Part shown: one piece after another, positions 50,330 to 61,864 of the stretch
Layout: each line of letters opens with the position of its first letter
Numbering within the stretch: the stretch's first letter is position 1
DNA from: Piedraia hortae CBS 480.64
Lineage: Eukaryota
Length of the DNA: 64,000 bases
Assembly: GCA_010093745.1 (NCBI GenBank)
Contig: MU005991.1
Location: forward strand, 69,678 to 133,677
Direction of reading: 5' to 3'
The notes under the pieces: generated by a model
Told to the model about the DNA's origin: nothing
Seen by the model: the letters and a program-made list of their open reading frames with translations, nothing else
Database searches by the model: none
Translations under genes and position numbers: made by a program

Positions 50330-51806
50330 ATGCGGCCATTGACAAGCCGCCTCAACAAATTAAAACCATGTACGGCCAGTCTTCTATTCACACGTCACAA
50401 CGGCAACATTGCATCCCTTCTCGCTCGCGACACGGAAGCAGAGTGCGTGACCATTCACGGCTGGGTCCGCAGCTTGCGGAAGCAAAAGAAAGTAGCCTTT
50501 GCCGCGATAACAGATGGCTCAACACTTGATGCCGTGCAGGCAGTTCTCAAGGTCGATGATGCCTCGAGGTAAGTTCTCACCCATGCATCCATTGCTGAGA
50601 CTGAGGTCTAGACTCTCCACCGGCGTTGCCGTGCGCCTTTCTGGGCCATGGAAGGCCTCGGCCGGAAAACAACAGAGCCGCGAGCTACAAGCCGAAGAGG
50701 TGAAAATATTAGGTGCAAACGACAGCGAGCAGAATCCTATCCAGCCGAAATACCACTCTCCAGACTACCTCCGGACGATTCCCCATCTTCGCCCTCGGAT
50801 TCCAGCTCAGGCGCTGCTCCTCCGTCTACGATCCCATGTCATTGCAAGCGCAACATCCTTTTTCCATGGCCAAGGATTCATTCAGGTACATACACCCATC
50901 ATAACGTCATCAGATTGCGAAGGAGCAGGCGAGGCCTTTACGGTGGCTGTACCCGACGACACGGAATGTTTTTTCAAAGCCCCAAAGTACCTTACCGTAT
51001 CTTCGCAGCTGCATCTCGAAGCACTGTCGCAGGCAGTCGACAGAGTCTGGACGCTGTCACCAACCTTCCGGGCAGAGAAGAGCGATACGCACAGACATTT
51101 GAGCGAGTTCTATATGCTCGAAGCCGAAGTGTGCTTTACGCAAGAACTGGAGCCTGTCATGGCCCTTGTCGAGTGCTTCTTAAGGACCATAGCCGCAGAT
51201 GTTCAGAACTCCACGGTTGGAAAAGAACTGCTGCGTAGCCAGCGTGGCTCGGAAGGAGAAGCTGCCCAGAAAATTCTCTCGCGGCGGTGGGAGGGGGTGA
51301 GCGCTGCAAACTGGCCACGCATCACGTACGCTGAAGCAATCAATTTGCTGCAAAAGGCCGCCACAGACGGTAAGACGACGTTTGTTGTTAGCCCTTCTTA
51401 TGATGGTGGTCTTCAAGCAGAGCATGAGCGCTACATTACAGCTACGGTGGGGGAGGATTCACGCCCTGTTTTCGTGACAGATTACCCGGCAGAGCAGAAG
51501 CCTTTCTACATGTTGCCTTCCGGGCCAGGGACGGTGGCGTGCTTTGATCTCCTAGTGCCGGATGTGCTGGAGCTAGCCGGCGGCTCGTTGCGTGAGCACC
51601 AACTAGAAGAACTGCAACGAGCCATGCAGACCAAGGGCATGGCAGGCCATGGCTTAAAGTGGTATAAAGACCTAAGACGCTTTGGGAGCGTGGCCCATGG
51701 GGGTTTTGGACTTGGATTCGACAGGTTGCTGTGCTATCTAAGTGGAATCAGCAATGTGCGAGATGTAGTCGCTTTTCCACGTTGGCATGGGAGGTGCGAG
51801 TGTTGA
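50330..51806 (+). CDS. SLM5: Mitochondrial asparaginyl-tRNA synthetase; intron 50569-50611
   Basis: Presequence-like N-terminus, IHGWVRSLR, SDCEGAGE, YLTVSSQLHLE, FRAEKS..RHLSEFYMLEAE, HGGFGLGFDRL. Confidence 0.94.
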
Positions 51807-52038
51807 TCTAAAAGCCAAATGTATAATAATTCCATTACATATACATATAAAAAAGACAAAACATCACATAACGCGTGGGCATTGCGAAGTGGTGTAATTT
51901 CACCTGAAGTGTGCTTCAAGTTGACGGGCTGCTGCGGCCCCACTGCGCGACTTCGATTGGTCAAATCCACCGCAAATTTGCACCACAACATACACACATC
52001 CCAGCCATCGTCCACCTCACTAAATCCCCGCCAAGAAA

Positions 52039-53808
52039 ATGGCACCCAAAAAGCAAAACGCTTCAATCTACATGACCCCCGCCGAATCAAACAAAATCAA
52101 AACCCGAGTCCTCAACCGCCAAGAACAATGCCACAAGTTATGTGGTCAGGCCCGAAGACCCTTGACCAAAAAATCCGGCTTCCAGCTGGTCACAACCGCC
52201 GATCTCCTCTCCGAAGACAACGACACCGACTCACTTCTCGGCGGGTCGAAGCCACCCCAGCAGAAAACAGACTCAATCGTAGCTTTCGGCATCGGAGACC
52301 CCTATCCACCCAGTCTTAAACCCCTCAAATCCCTTACCCCAATCCCCTTCACCTCCCTAAAACTCCACACCCATCATCGTGGCTCATCTCTCACACTCGA
52401 AATCATAACCGGCGTCGTCCGGAACAAAAGCTCCTCCTGGGCCGTCGTGGCTGACACTAAATCCGACCAAATCGAACGTCTGGAAATCGGCCTACACAAA
52501 CTCAACTCCCTCGGCGAGGAAATCCTCAAAGAAGGGAGGGTATATTCCCTCAAAGAACCTTTCTTCACACTTAACGAGGACGGCGAAGCTACCCTCCGTG
52601 TCGACCATCCCTCTGACCTGATCCTCATTTCCGAAGCCGAAGGCGAGGCATCATATTCATCCTCAGGCGGACCCGCAGGGGCAGGCGTGGCCTCAGCAGA
52701 GCACTACAAATCCCTCGGCAACTTATCTCTCAAACGCAACCTCCTGCCAGACGCCTATAAAAACTACACCTACGCCCTCCCGCTCTCCACCACCCCCTTA
52801 CGCGAAGACATCTGCCGCAACCGCGCTCACGTAAACCTCTTACTGCACCGCTACGACGAAGCGCGGCGTGATGCTCTCTCATCCCTCACAAACACATCCC
52901 CTGCCCTCGACGCAAAAGCCCTCTTCCGCGCCGGACGGGCAGCGTACCTCCTCGGCGACTTTGCGGATTCGGAGCGGCGCTTCGCTTCGCTTTTGGAACT
53001 TGCACCTGATGACAGGGATGGGGGAATTATGATGCGTAAGACACTGAAGAGGATGGAGGAGGAGGAGGGGGGGAAGTATGATTTTCGGACGCTGCACGCG
53101 GGTTTGGGGAAGATGACCCCGCGGGTTGAGGTGGGGAGTTTTGGGGGGGGAACGGTTGTTAAGCCCGCTGACGCGGGGGGTGGGAGGGGACTTTTCGTGA
53201 AGAGGAGAGTTGAGAGGGGGGATGTGGTTCTTGCAGACAAGGCAACGTGTGCGATTTTTGGACATGAAGGGGCGTGGACGGCGATGGTTTTTGATATCAG
53301 GTCGGGGGTGTTGAAGGGGTTCCCTGCCGGATTGGCGCAGGGGGTAGTTGGCGTGGTGAGGAGGAATGCATCGCTTGCGGGTACGGTGATGGAGTTGTTT
53401 GGGGATTGGGAGGGTGAGGGGGGCGGTGTGGGGGAGTGTATTGATGGGGAGGTGGTGGTTGATACGTTTCGGATTGGGGATATTGTTGCGAGGAATGCAT
53501 TTGGGCTTGGGCCTGCGGCATATGGGTCGAGTGAGGAGGAGGAGTTGAGGAGTTTTGGGGCGGGTTTGTGGGTCAGGGCGGCGTATATTAATCATTCGTG
53601 TGAGCCGAATGCGGAGAGGGAGTTTGTTGGGGACTTGATTGTCATTAGGGCCACGAGGACGATTGAGGAGGGGGAGGAGGTTACGATTCGGTATACGGAG
53701 CTGGAGGGGTATAAGGAGAGAAGGGAGGTATTGTTTAGGGATTGGGGGTTTGAGTGTATTTGTGAGAGGTGCTTGAAAGAGGGTGAGAAAACATCAAATC
53801 ATAACTAG
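52039..53808 (+). CDS. TPR plus SET domain protein (putative lysine methyltransferase)
   Basis: LKEPFF...RVDHPSD, TPR helices (KALFRAGRA), GRGLF, INHSCEPNA, GEEVTIRY, post-SET WGFECICERC. Confidence 0.9.
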   Translation: MAPKKQNASIYMTPAESNKIKTRVLNRQEQCHKLCGQARRPLTKKSGFQLVTTADLLSEDNDTDSLLGGSKPPQQKTDSIVAFGIGDPYPPSLKPLKSLTPIPFTSLKLHTHHRGSSLTLEIITGVVRNKSSSWAVVADTKSDQIERLEIGLHKLNSLGEEILKEGRVYSLKEPFFTLNEDGEATLRVDHPSDLILISEAEGEASYSSSGGPAGAGVASAEHYKSLGNLSLKRNLLPDAYKNYTYALPLSTTPLREDICRNRAHVNLLLHRYDEARRDALSSLTNTSPALDAKALFRAGRAAYLLGDFADSERRFASLLELAPDDRDGGIMMRKTLKRMEEEEGGKYDFRTLHAGLGKMTPRVEVGSFGGGTVVKPADAGGGRGLFVKRRVERGDVVLADKATCAIFGHEGAWTAMVFDIRSGVLKGFPAGLAQGVVGVVRRNASLAGTVMELFGDWEGEGGGVGECIDGEVVVDTFRIGDIVARNAFGLGPAAYGSSEEEELRSFGAGLWVRAAYINHSCEPNAEREFVGDLIVIRATRTIEEGEEVTIRYTELEGYKERREVLFRDWGFECICERCLKEGEKTSNHN

Positions 53809-53975
53809 ACAAGAGCGAGAAAGACAGTGTCGTTACATTAAAGTTGCGTCGTCAACTTTGGCCCACAAAGGGCCTGTTGAAACACCCTTTTTCCCCTCAG
53901 AAGTCTGGACTGAAGTACGCGCTCTCCTTTTCAACATGCCACTCGCTCAGCCCGACGCTCCATGGTTCTGCTTGG

Positions 53976-54927
53976 TCAGTATTTACGCGAGGCTGAAGGG
54001 ATGAAAGCTGACATACCAGCATTATCGACCACTTCGGGCTTGGGAATCTCAGTTTGTCTCGCGGGGAATTCCATGACCGAATCCGAGCGCTCTCGTCCGT
54101 AAGCGGGGAACGAGGGCATGTGCGGGCCAGGACCTGGACGCGGAACCGGCGTATTCGCGTCCATAGTGGGCTTGCGCGCACGTAACTTGTCCACGACGCT
54201 GGTGTGCGTTGGGACACGCGCGAGGCTGAGATCGCTTGCACTGGCTGCCGAGTTTGAACCCGGCCTGTCTTGATTCATTGGGAAGAAATTGAGATCATAG
54301 TTCTCCGACTCTTCGCAAATGCGATCGGCGACAATGTTGAGTTTTTGTAAGACTAAAACGAAGGTTAGTTGGGGTGGGAATAGCTAAACGCGATAGCAAC
54401 TTGCCCTCGGGTGGGACGTCTTTCCCCCGATGGGTTGAAACGTGATCAAAGAAAAGGTCTGGACCGCACCAGACCCGGCCTTCAGCATGGCCGTATTGGA
54501 GGATACAGATTGGACATTGAAACTGATATTGCCGTCTTTGCACAGCAGCTTGCTTTACGTGACTCTTTGCTAGGCCGTTCTCAGCAAACCCATCAGTTCC
54601 TACACGGACAGACATACCCAGAAATGCCCATCGACACTGCAATCCCCGTTGGTCAAATCTGACAGAGGCTTTCCACACATAGTCGATGCTGGAATGGCCT
54701 TGGAAAGCGCACCCTTTCTCGGCGCAGCGATACGTCGTCAACCCGGAAGCAGAGTAAGAGTCCTGAAACTCGGTTCTCCTCTTCAACGCGCCCTACAAGG
54801 GGTTAATAACTCCGCTTCTCTCCTACGAAACAAGATATGAAACCTTTTTGTCTCCATTTTGGAGTTTTACAGCACAGGGACAGAAGCCTAACCAATTATT
54901 TTCCCGGGTAGGAAGATGGCAACTCAT
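53976..54927 (-). CDS. Conserved fungal hypothetical protein with Cys/His Zn-finger-like motifs; 3 introns, the last GC-AG (54404-54353)
   Basis: PTRENNWLGFC, C....CAFQG, RWAFLAKSHV, CPIC...DHVSTH, YDLNF; the start may lie further upstream. Confidence 0.75.
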
Positions 54928-55609
54928 GATGGTAGACGCGTCGGCTTTGTTGTCGCGCTCTAGGACATCTTCCTCCCTTACCGGCGCGTTGAACGGGTTG
55001 AAATGAGCAGAGAACGACAGGAAATTAAACGGCAATGGAATGCGTCAGACGGATCATTTCTTGCTTTTTCCTCCGATGCGCTGGAGTTTCACCCCGCCAT
55101 CCCGACTTTTGCGGGGTCCGCGTGGTACGTACCGGAACCGTTCCCGAACACTCGGCCCGACGTCGGGACTTCTTGGGGCCACGAATCAGTGCAAACGCTT
55201 GAACCCTTCAAGCCCAGCTTTGACCGACTTGTGCCATATCATCCGCTAGGAATGTGGCTTACTCGCCAAAAGACCCCTTTGCGTCATTTGGCCGTTGAGG
55301 ATCCAGAATATGCGATCAATCCAACCATTTGACATTTGATCCAAGATAACACAAAGGCCACTCGAAGCTATACCAATCAGAGTATATATCTGGTGCACGG
55401 ACCGGATCTTATACACAAACTGAGCAATCAACCGTTATGCACCATTCAGGAACACCGACAACTTTAACGAATATCAAGCATATGCCATTCGGCTAATCAT
55501 CTACGCTGTAACGCAGAACACTTATCAAACTCTATCACCATAGAAGCAAACACTTCGTTATCGTCCTCACAGACGAGAAACAGCATACGGCTACAACCTA
55601 TCGAAAGAC

Positions 55610-56569
55610 CTATGGACCAGGAATACACCTCCCGGATCGAGTTCTCATGCCATCCCCACCCACTCCCGCATTGGGCTGCTGCTTACGCGCCTTCTTAACA
55701 TCCGACGAGTTACTAGCCTGAGGAGCCGCACGCTTCTTGTTCGTCTTCTTCTGCGTCGTCTTCTTATCTCCACCCTTCTTATCCTGCGAAACTGGACCGC
55801 TATTTTCTTCATCCTCACCCTTACCATCACCCAGCTCGCCCTCTTCTCCACCGAGAACCTTAACCTCACGGCCCAAACGTCTGAGTCTCTCAGCCCCGAC
55901 CTTGGCCGCCTCCCTCCCCAGCTTCAAAAACAAAAACCCCAGCTCCACCTCCCTCAAAATCTCCGGCGTAGTAATATCACGCACCAAATCATCAGGTCTC
56001 TTCCTACGCTTGAACTTCTTAAACTCCTTCCACTCGCGCGGAATTGTCTGGATCGAATTTCCCTCTAGAATCGGCCCACGGAACGACATTCCCAACGGCG
56101 GCGGATTATCCATATACTCCAACTTATCAGACAATTCAGTCGGCGATTTGGGAGGGCTGTACACCTGCACCTTAATCTCTTCCTTCGCCAGCTGCTCATC
56201 CCCCAACCCCGGAGGGAAGGTGTACTTCAGCAACATGTCTTGGAACTCCGGCGAAGGCAACCACCCTTTCATCATGCGCGCTTCGTCTTCAGCCAACACG
56301 CGGAAGCGGTTACATTCAGTAACGTGCGCAGAGCCGAATTCGGACAGCGCAATGAAGTACGGTACCGTCCCGAATTGAATCTCGACGTACATGGGGCTGT
56401 TGGTGTTGACGGGGATGGGAAAGTGATGTGATTCTTCGAAGCGAAGGGGGGCGTTGGCGATGGTCAACGGCTCGGAAGCCGCGCGGGCGAAGGGGATGAT
56501 GGGCGAGGCGGTCAGATTGCAGGGGCTGGAGCCTAGGTTCGTGGGCATGGTATAATGCGTTTCGGACAT
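55610..56569 (-). CDS. Orphan family member A (domain X + shared MDNPPPL domain + basic tail), 319 aa
   Basis: Open frame; paralogous segments at 61445-61864 and 59362-59910 with conserved residues. Confidence 0.8.
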   Translation of the reverse strand: MSETHYTMPTNLGSSPCNLTASPIIPFARAASEPLTIANAPLRFEESHHFPIPVNTNSPMYVEIQFGTVPYFIALSEFGSAHVTECNRFRVLAEDEARMMKGWLPSPEFQDMLLKYTFPPGLGDEQLAKEEIKVQVYSPPKSPTELSDKLEYMDNPPPLGMSFRGPILEGNSIQTIPREWKEFKKFKRRKRPDDLVRDITTPEILREVELGFLFLKLGREAAKVGAERLRRLGREVKVLGGEEGELGDGKGEDEENSGPVSQDKKGGDKKTTQKKTNKKRAAPQASNSSDVKKARKQQPNAGVGGDGMRTRSGRCIPGP

Positions 56570-57759
56570 GTTGGATGAGTGGGTAGGGTAAGAGTGTTGT
56601 GGAAGAGGTGTGCATGGGGAGATACGCGGAGTGATGAGCAGCGTGCCAAAACATGAGTGTGCTCTGAAAAGAGTAAGCAGTGCGGAATGATGAGCAGTGT
56701 GGGTGGATGGGGAGCTCGGATTCTTGACCGTGTGGCAGGAAACATTTCCAATTGGTGTGCAAGGATCTACGAGGACGCGCATGCGTTTGAAGAATTCATG
56801 AGCACAACATAAACAACGGGTTCAACGCTGCGGTTGTGAGGCAGACAAGCGATGAGTGTTCTTGTTCTCGAAAGATTAAGGGCAACGCAGTCTTTGCGTT
56901 GTGCTGGATGGCTTGCTCTTCTGTCAGGGACCTTAAGCACTCCCCGATAAGCATTACCTACATCTGAATGGAAGGAAGCGAAGAGCTGGACACCCGAGCC
57001 TGGATATGGCGGATCAAGCTCACACAAAATCCTGCTGCTTTATCCAAGTGCCTATGCGTGTGTGGAGGCGAAGTCGTAGTCATCTGACGTCCGCTATATA
57101 GCTACAAGCTTTGTACCAAGGTATCCTTTCCCCTGCGATGTTGGTGAAGCTAGTCTCGTTCGGCAGAATTTTCTTGAGAGGTCGCGAGATGATCAAGGCA
57201 TTCCTATATCAGCAATTTGAGCAATGGACAGGGCTGAAGGTAGAGTTGGGATGTCTATGCACATGTTTATTCAGCACCAGCCTTCCTTTTTCTTCTCCAT
57301 GCAACCCTTGCGTTAGTTGAGTCCCTTTGAGTTCTTCCACGAACAATGTACTAAACCCCAAGCAATGCAATCCCGTATGTAGACAATCACGCCCGCCTCT
57401 AAGTCCTAGGGTGGTCAACAGGAAGCGATATACCATTTCCTGTCGACCACCCAAACGCACATTGCTCGCCGCGGAGGGTTCAGCCTCTAGAACATACACC
57501 TTTTGTTTCAACCAATCGACCCTATCAAATCAAACGCTGGTGACAACAGAGGGCAATGTACGATAGAATACTGAGATCGTCCCGGCTGCAGCCTTGCAAT
57601 CCTTGTTCATCATGAATAGCAGGAATGCTTCTCTGCTTCAGAACCGTTTTGTAACAAAGGCATGGCGCAGGTAACACAGAAAGTCTACTCCCTATCTTCT
57701 TTGACATGTACAAGGACCGGACCCACAACAAGCACGAAATCCCGCTGGTTGGGGTTCTG

Positions 57760-58095
57760 ACACAGAGAATATCCACACACTCCAGGCGTCGGTAGCTCAT
57801 CCATCACTGGCGCATAAACCTCCACCCTCTTCTTCCCCTTCCCCCCTCTCAGCGGTGTCTACGTCGCGGGCTTGGACTGTCCGCTCCCGTTTTCCGTATA
57901 GGAGCCGAAATCGAGCTCAGATATCTCCATGACGTAGGCCTGCACTTCGGCAGGCATGATGATAGGACCAAAGCCGTTAGGTGGAAGAGTCATCTTGGGA
58001 GTACACTCGCTGGGGTCGTAAATGCTTTTGAAAGAAGCGCAGGGGCAGGTTCCCCCCATGACGGAGAATAGCATGCAAACGTCGATGTAGGCCAT
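57760..58095 (-). pseudogene. Orphan family member C (Cys-rich domain Y), premature stop
   Basis: Aligns with member B; TAG at 57861-57859 where B has CAG; homology continues (KKRVEVY..ELP) and then frameshifts. Confidence 0.75.
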
Positions 58096-58159
58096 GTTAC
58101 TGGAATGGTTAGGTTGCAATGCGGAGGGTGTTGAGGGAGGCTTACAGCTCGGTACAAAG

Positions 58160-58190
<31 letters not shown>

Positions 58191-58212
58191 TGTGTGTGTG
58201 TGTTTGTGTGTG
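58160..58212. repeat. Compound (AG)n(TG)n microsatellite
   Basis: Read directly. Confidence 0.95.
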
Positions 58213-59097
58213 CGTGGTTTTTGGTGGCACAAGATGGAGGGCAGTGGGCTGTTGTCACCACGCTATATTGGCGCATAAATCAGGAGACCTTGAACGCATT
58301 CAAGCAGTGTGGTTCAAGATAAGGGTATGGGTGTTCGTACACAGCTCCCATACTGAGGTTGTATGGATCTAACTCCAAGCGACGTGACTGCAATTGCTTA
58401 TGCCCCGTTCTGGATGTGTGGGTAGCCAGATGGAGGCTGCTATCCAGTTACGAATTTTTACTTTCGATTGAGAAGACATATGCAGGGGTTGCGAGCCCGA
58501 GGCGATGCGGACGTCCTGGAGGCAAAGTCGATACGTCTAAAAAAAAGGGAAGGAAGAAGGAGTATATGCAAGTAGGGCACGAGCAGTGTGCTCGTGCCAA
58601 GCCTCGTCGGTCGAGGCGGTTCGGGCCGTAATAGTCTTGGCAAAAGATTTGGGGAGGTGTCCTGCACCACCCGGCATAATTCAAAACTCTTCTCCAGCGG
58701 GGTTCTATTTCTCTACAGATATAGAGACGTCTGCAGCTATAGCCTCGGATCCTTTTTTATGCGAGCGTACAAGGAGCAAATGATAGAGAAAGGATAATAT
58801 GCTCCTTAGTGGACATCTTTTTGTGAGTGCGCAACGGAATAGCGATAGAGATAAATGTGCGACAGGAACGATGAAATATTTATATTCATTTAGGAGAGTT
58901 AGTCTGACTCGGCTTTGGAAACCCTTAGCCACTATGACTGGCAGGCAATCCATTCTTCCTCAAGCATTAAAGCAATGGAATTAGAACAGATAGCTTGTTC
59001 TTTGTGGAATTCTATCTTCCAGCTTAGTCGGTATGTGCATCCCAACGGCGTCCATCCTTTCTCGTCGTGGTCTTACCACAACTTGATGGTTTCTCTT

Positions 59098-59401
59098 TGT
59101 CGGAGGGGTGAACCTCCGAGGACTAAAGTGGAGCGGATATCAACGACAAGTATGTTCACTCAATTTTGACCGAAGGGTGGATGTAGATGTCTATCTCTAT
59201 GTGAGGTGGTGTTCGAAACCTTCCCCACACCACCTCAGTCTAACCGCATTCGCCAGGACAACGTCAGCGAACCATGCCCTTAAGCATGAACGAGACAATG
59301 ACCCGTCCCAGGGAAAACTTCCTCTATAGAAGTAAAAACCCCAAGAAGTTTCGACTTCTATCTACAGTTCTGACCATGGTGGGTGCCACATCCTTCTGAC
59401 A
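59098..59401. mobile_element. Solo LTR (304 bp) with 5-bp TSD CTCTT
   Basis: TGTC...GACA termini; CTCTT at 59093-59097 and 59402-59406; second copy at 63615-63919. Confidence 0.92.
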
Positions 59402-59910
59402 CTCTTTGATGTCTCCTCCCGTATTCGGGCCTCCTGCAGCATTCGAATGTCCCTAAACATGTCCCCGGGAAGCAGTTTCCTCTTGCGCCTTAGCTCCTTC
59501 CATTCGGCCGGGACCGGATGCAGGCTGTTTCCAGCAAACATCGGGAATCGCTTGTTGAGATCGAGAGGCGGCGGATTGTCCATATTTTCTAGGTGTGCGG
59601 GGAGCTCGATTGGAGACTTCGTCCGGGTGTAAATCTCCACCTTTTTCCTCCCCGTGTTCTTCTTGGGTGGTGTCTGCGCTGCGGACTTGGGCTTCTTGTC
59701 TCTCTTCTCCGTGTCTGAGCCAAAGTCGAGGGTTGAGAACTCCACAAGGGAGATCTGCATTTCGGCGGGCATGGCACAAGGGCCAGAAATTTCGGGCAGA
59801 AGAGTAATCGTAGTAGTGCATTCGCCAGCATCGTATGGGCTCTTGTACAAGGCGCAAGGGCAGCCCCCCTCTGTCATACCGAGAAGCGTGCAGGCATCAG
59901 TGTAGTCCAT
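59362..59910 (-). CDS. Orphan family member B (domain Y + shared MDNPPPL domain); C-terminus replaced by LTR sequence
   Basis: 182-aa frame; homologous to members A and C; last about 13 codons lie inside the solo LTR. Confidence 0.7.
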   Translation of the reverse strand: MDYTDACTLLGMTEGGCPCALYKSPYDAGECTTTITLLPEISGPCAMPAEMQISLVEFSTLDFGSDTEKRDKKPKSAAQTPPKKNTGRKKVEIYTRTKSPIELPAHLENMDNPPPLDLNKRFPMFAGNSLHPVPAEWKELRRKRKLLPGDMFRDIRMLQEARIREETSKSVRRMWHPPWSEL

Positions 59911-60720
59911 ATTAGTGGGACAGAAAAGATGTAGAGCGAGTGGTGTGTGTAATGTTGAGAGAAGCTCGCAATGAAGCGAAGAGTGCAATTGTGGTGGTGG
60001 CAGAAATTGGGGAAGTGGGCTGTAACCACGCGTCGATATCAAATGAACTTCGGCGCGTTGAGCTGAACAAAACCATTGGACGAAGGTGATTCACATGACC
60101 TTTTTGATACTAATCCGGAAGTTGTTGCAGCTCAGGACTCGGCCCAATATATACATACCCTTTGGAAAGCTGGAACTTTTGATGCGCTTGTCGTAGCTGC
60201 AAATCATACGCTCAAATCATTCTCAAAATAGACTGACATCTTGTAATATTCAACGGAAGAAAGGTAGCCTCTGTTCTCATTTCATGGGATTCTCCTCGCC
60301 AGTCAACTGGAGAGGATTTGTGTTCTTACCAATGCCGTCTGAGTCTTTTCTGCCATCTGTTAGCCTTGCAGGGTGATGGAGCGAGGACCTGTTTTGCGAA
60401 CCCCTTAACGATGGGAGAAGGACGTTGTTGTGAGAGTCTGAAACCTTATTGGGCTCAAGGGAGTTTGCTTTGACAATTGTTGGTTTGGCTTAGTCGCAAA
60501 CAGAGGTCAACGTTAGCAACGCAACGATGCTCTTTTTGGACTGCCAAAGGGAAATTGCGGGTCTGTTCAACCATTTGTCCATAATTCAACGGCAAGAAGG
60601 GCGGCATATGGCATAACGGCGCAGGTAGGCTGCATCTGTGCAGTGGGAAGTGTCCCTCTTGTTGATTCTTGGGATGATAGTTTGATGAGACAGGAGGTTG
60701 GAGATTAGCAAACAGACAAA

Positions 60721-60740
60721 ATATATATATATATATATAT
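60721..60740. repeat. (AT)n microsatellite
   Basis: Read directly. Confidence 0.95.
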
Positions 60741-61444
60741 AAACGAGCGATCGTTTTCACTGAAAACAAACCAAGCTGCATGAGGCCCGTCATGTATCCC
60801 TACAGACGTTTTGCTTGGATGTATGGCCATTCAGTACATGGTTTTTACACTCACAATACATTGGATAGGATGGACTGCAAAAGACCAATACCTCGGCTGA
60901 TCATGCCCATCCGTAAATTCCTTTTTTTTCGTGTTTAATGCCGTCCGAAAATCACTTAAGAACGGGTCACACAGTTACGCAGGCGTACATTACAAACAAT
61001 GAGATTGAACCTTTGAAGCGAGGATGATCAGCAACGTTTTGCTATTGTCTTCGAACAACGTAGTAGGGATGAAATGTGACTTTGGATCGTGCAGTCGAAC
61101 TGTGCTTACGAAACGTTTATTTCTAGCTTTATTTGTCGTGACAGTGTTCATCCTCTCTTGCTAGAGTTGCAGCCACCCCACACTTCATTCTTCCCTCGCC
61201 CATTTTGAACTCTTTCTCCTTCGGCTGTCTGATGATGAAGTATTGAACATTTTTTCTTTTGCACATTGCTGATGCTTCGGTAATTGTTGCTGGCGTTGCA
61301 TGTAACCCAATCCCTCTTCTGAGGACGTTTGTTTATACACCGAGGCCGTCTCTATCCAGACCTGCAGACGATTATTTCGTCAAGTTTGTAGCTTTCAAGG
61401 GAACCCACACTTTCAAAACCTGGATGTAATCTTCTTCTTGGCGA

Positions 61445-61864
61445 TCATCCCGCTTTGCAGTCTGACGATGTCATATTCAGTTGGGTCGATATAAAACTCG
61501 CAGTTATCGGCTCGTTCTTGTGATGCATTCTCGAATGATGTTCCAAGTGGACCAGACCGGTGCAGGCTGGCTGATGGATGCGTAAGCAGCTGCATTCGGT
61601 TATGGGCGCGGAGTCAAACTTGGATAGGGCGAGGAAAGACGGGACCGTGCCGAATTGGATCTCGCTGTACATCGGGCTGTCCGTGTTGACGGGGATGGGG
61701 AAATGGTTGGGTTCTTCGAAGCGAAGGGGAAAGGTGGTGATCGTTAATGGCTCGGAGACCACGCGTGCACGGGGAATGATCGGCGAGGCGGTCGGATTGC
61801 AGGGACTAGAACCCAGGTTATTGGGCATGGTATACCCTAAAGTCGAATTTTGCATGCTCTGCAA
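61445..61864 (-). pseudogene. Orphan family member D (domain X only, diverges after TEC)
   Basis: About 80 aa at roughly 75% identity to the N-terminus of member A. Confidence 0.7.

Noticed and set aside
49939..50391. 150-aa minus-strand ORF
   Set aside because: GTG start inside SLM5, no recognisable motif; probably spurious
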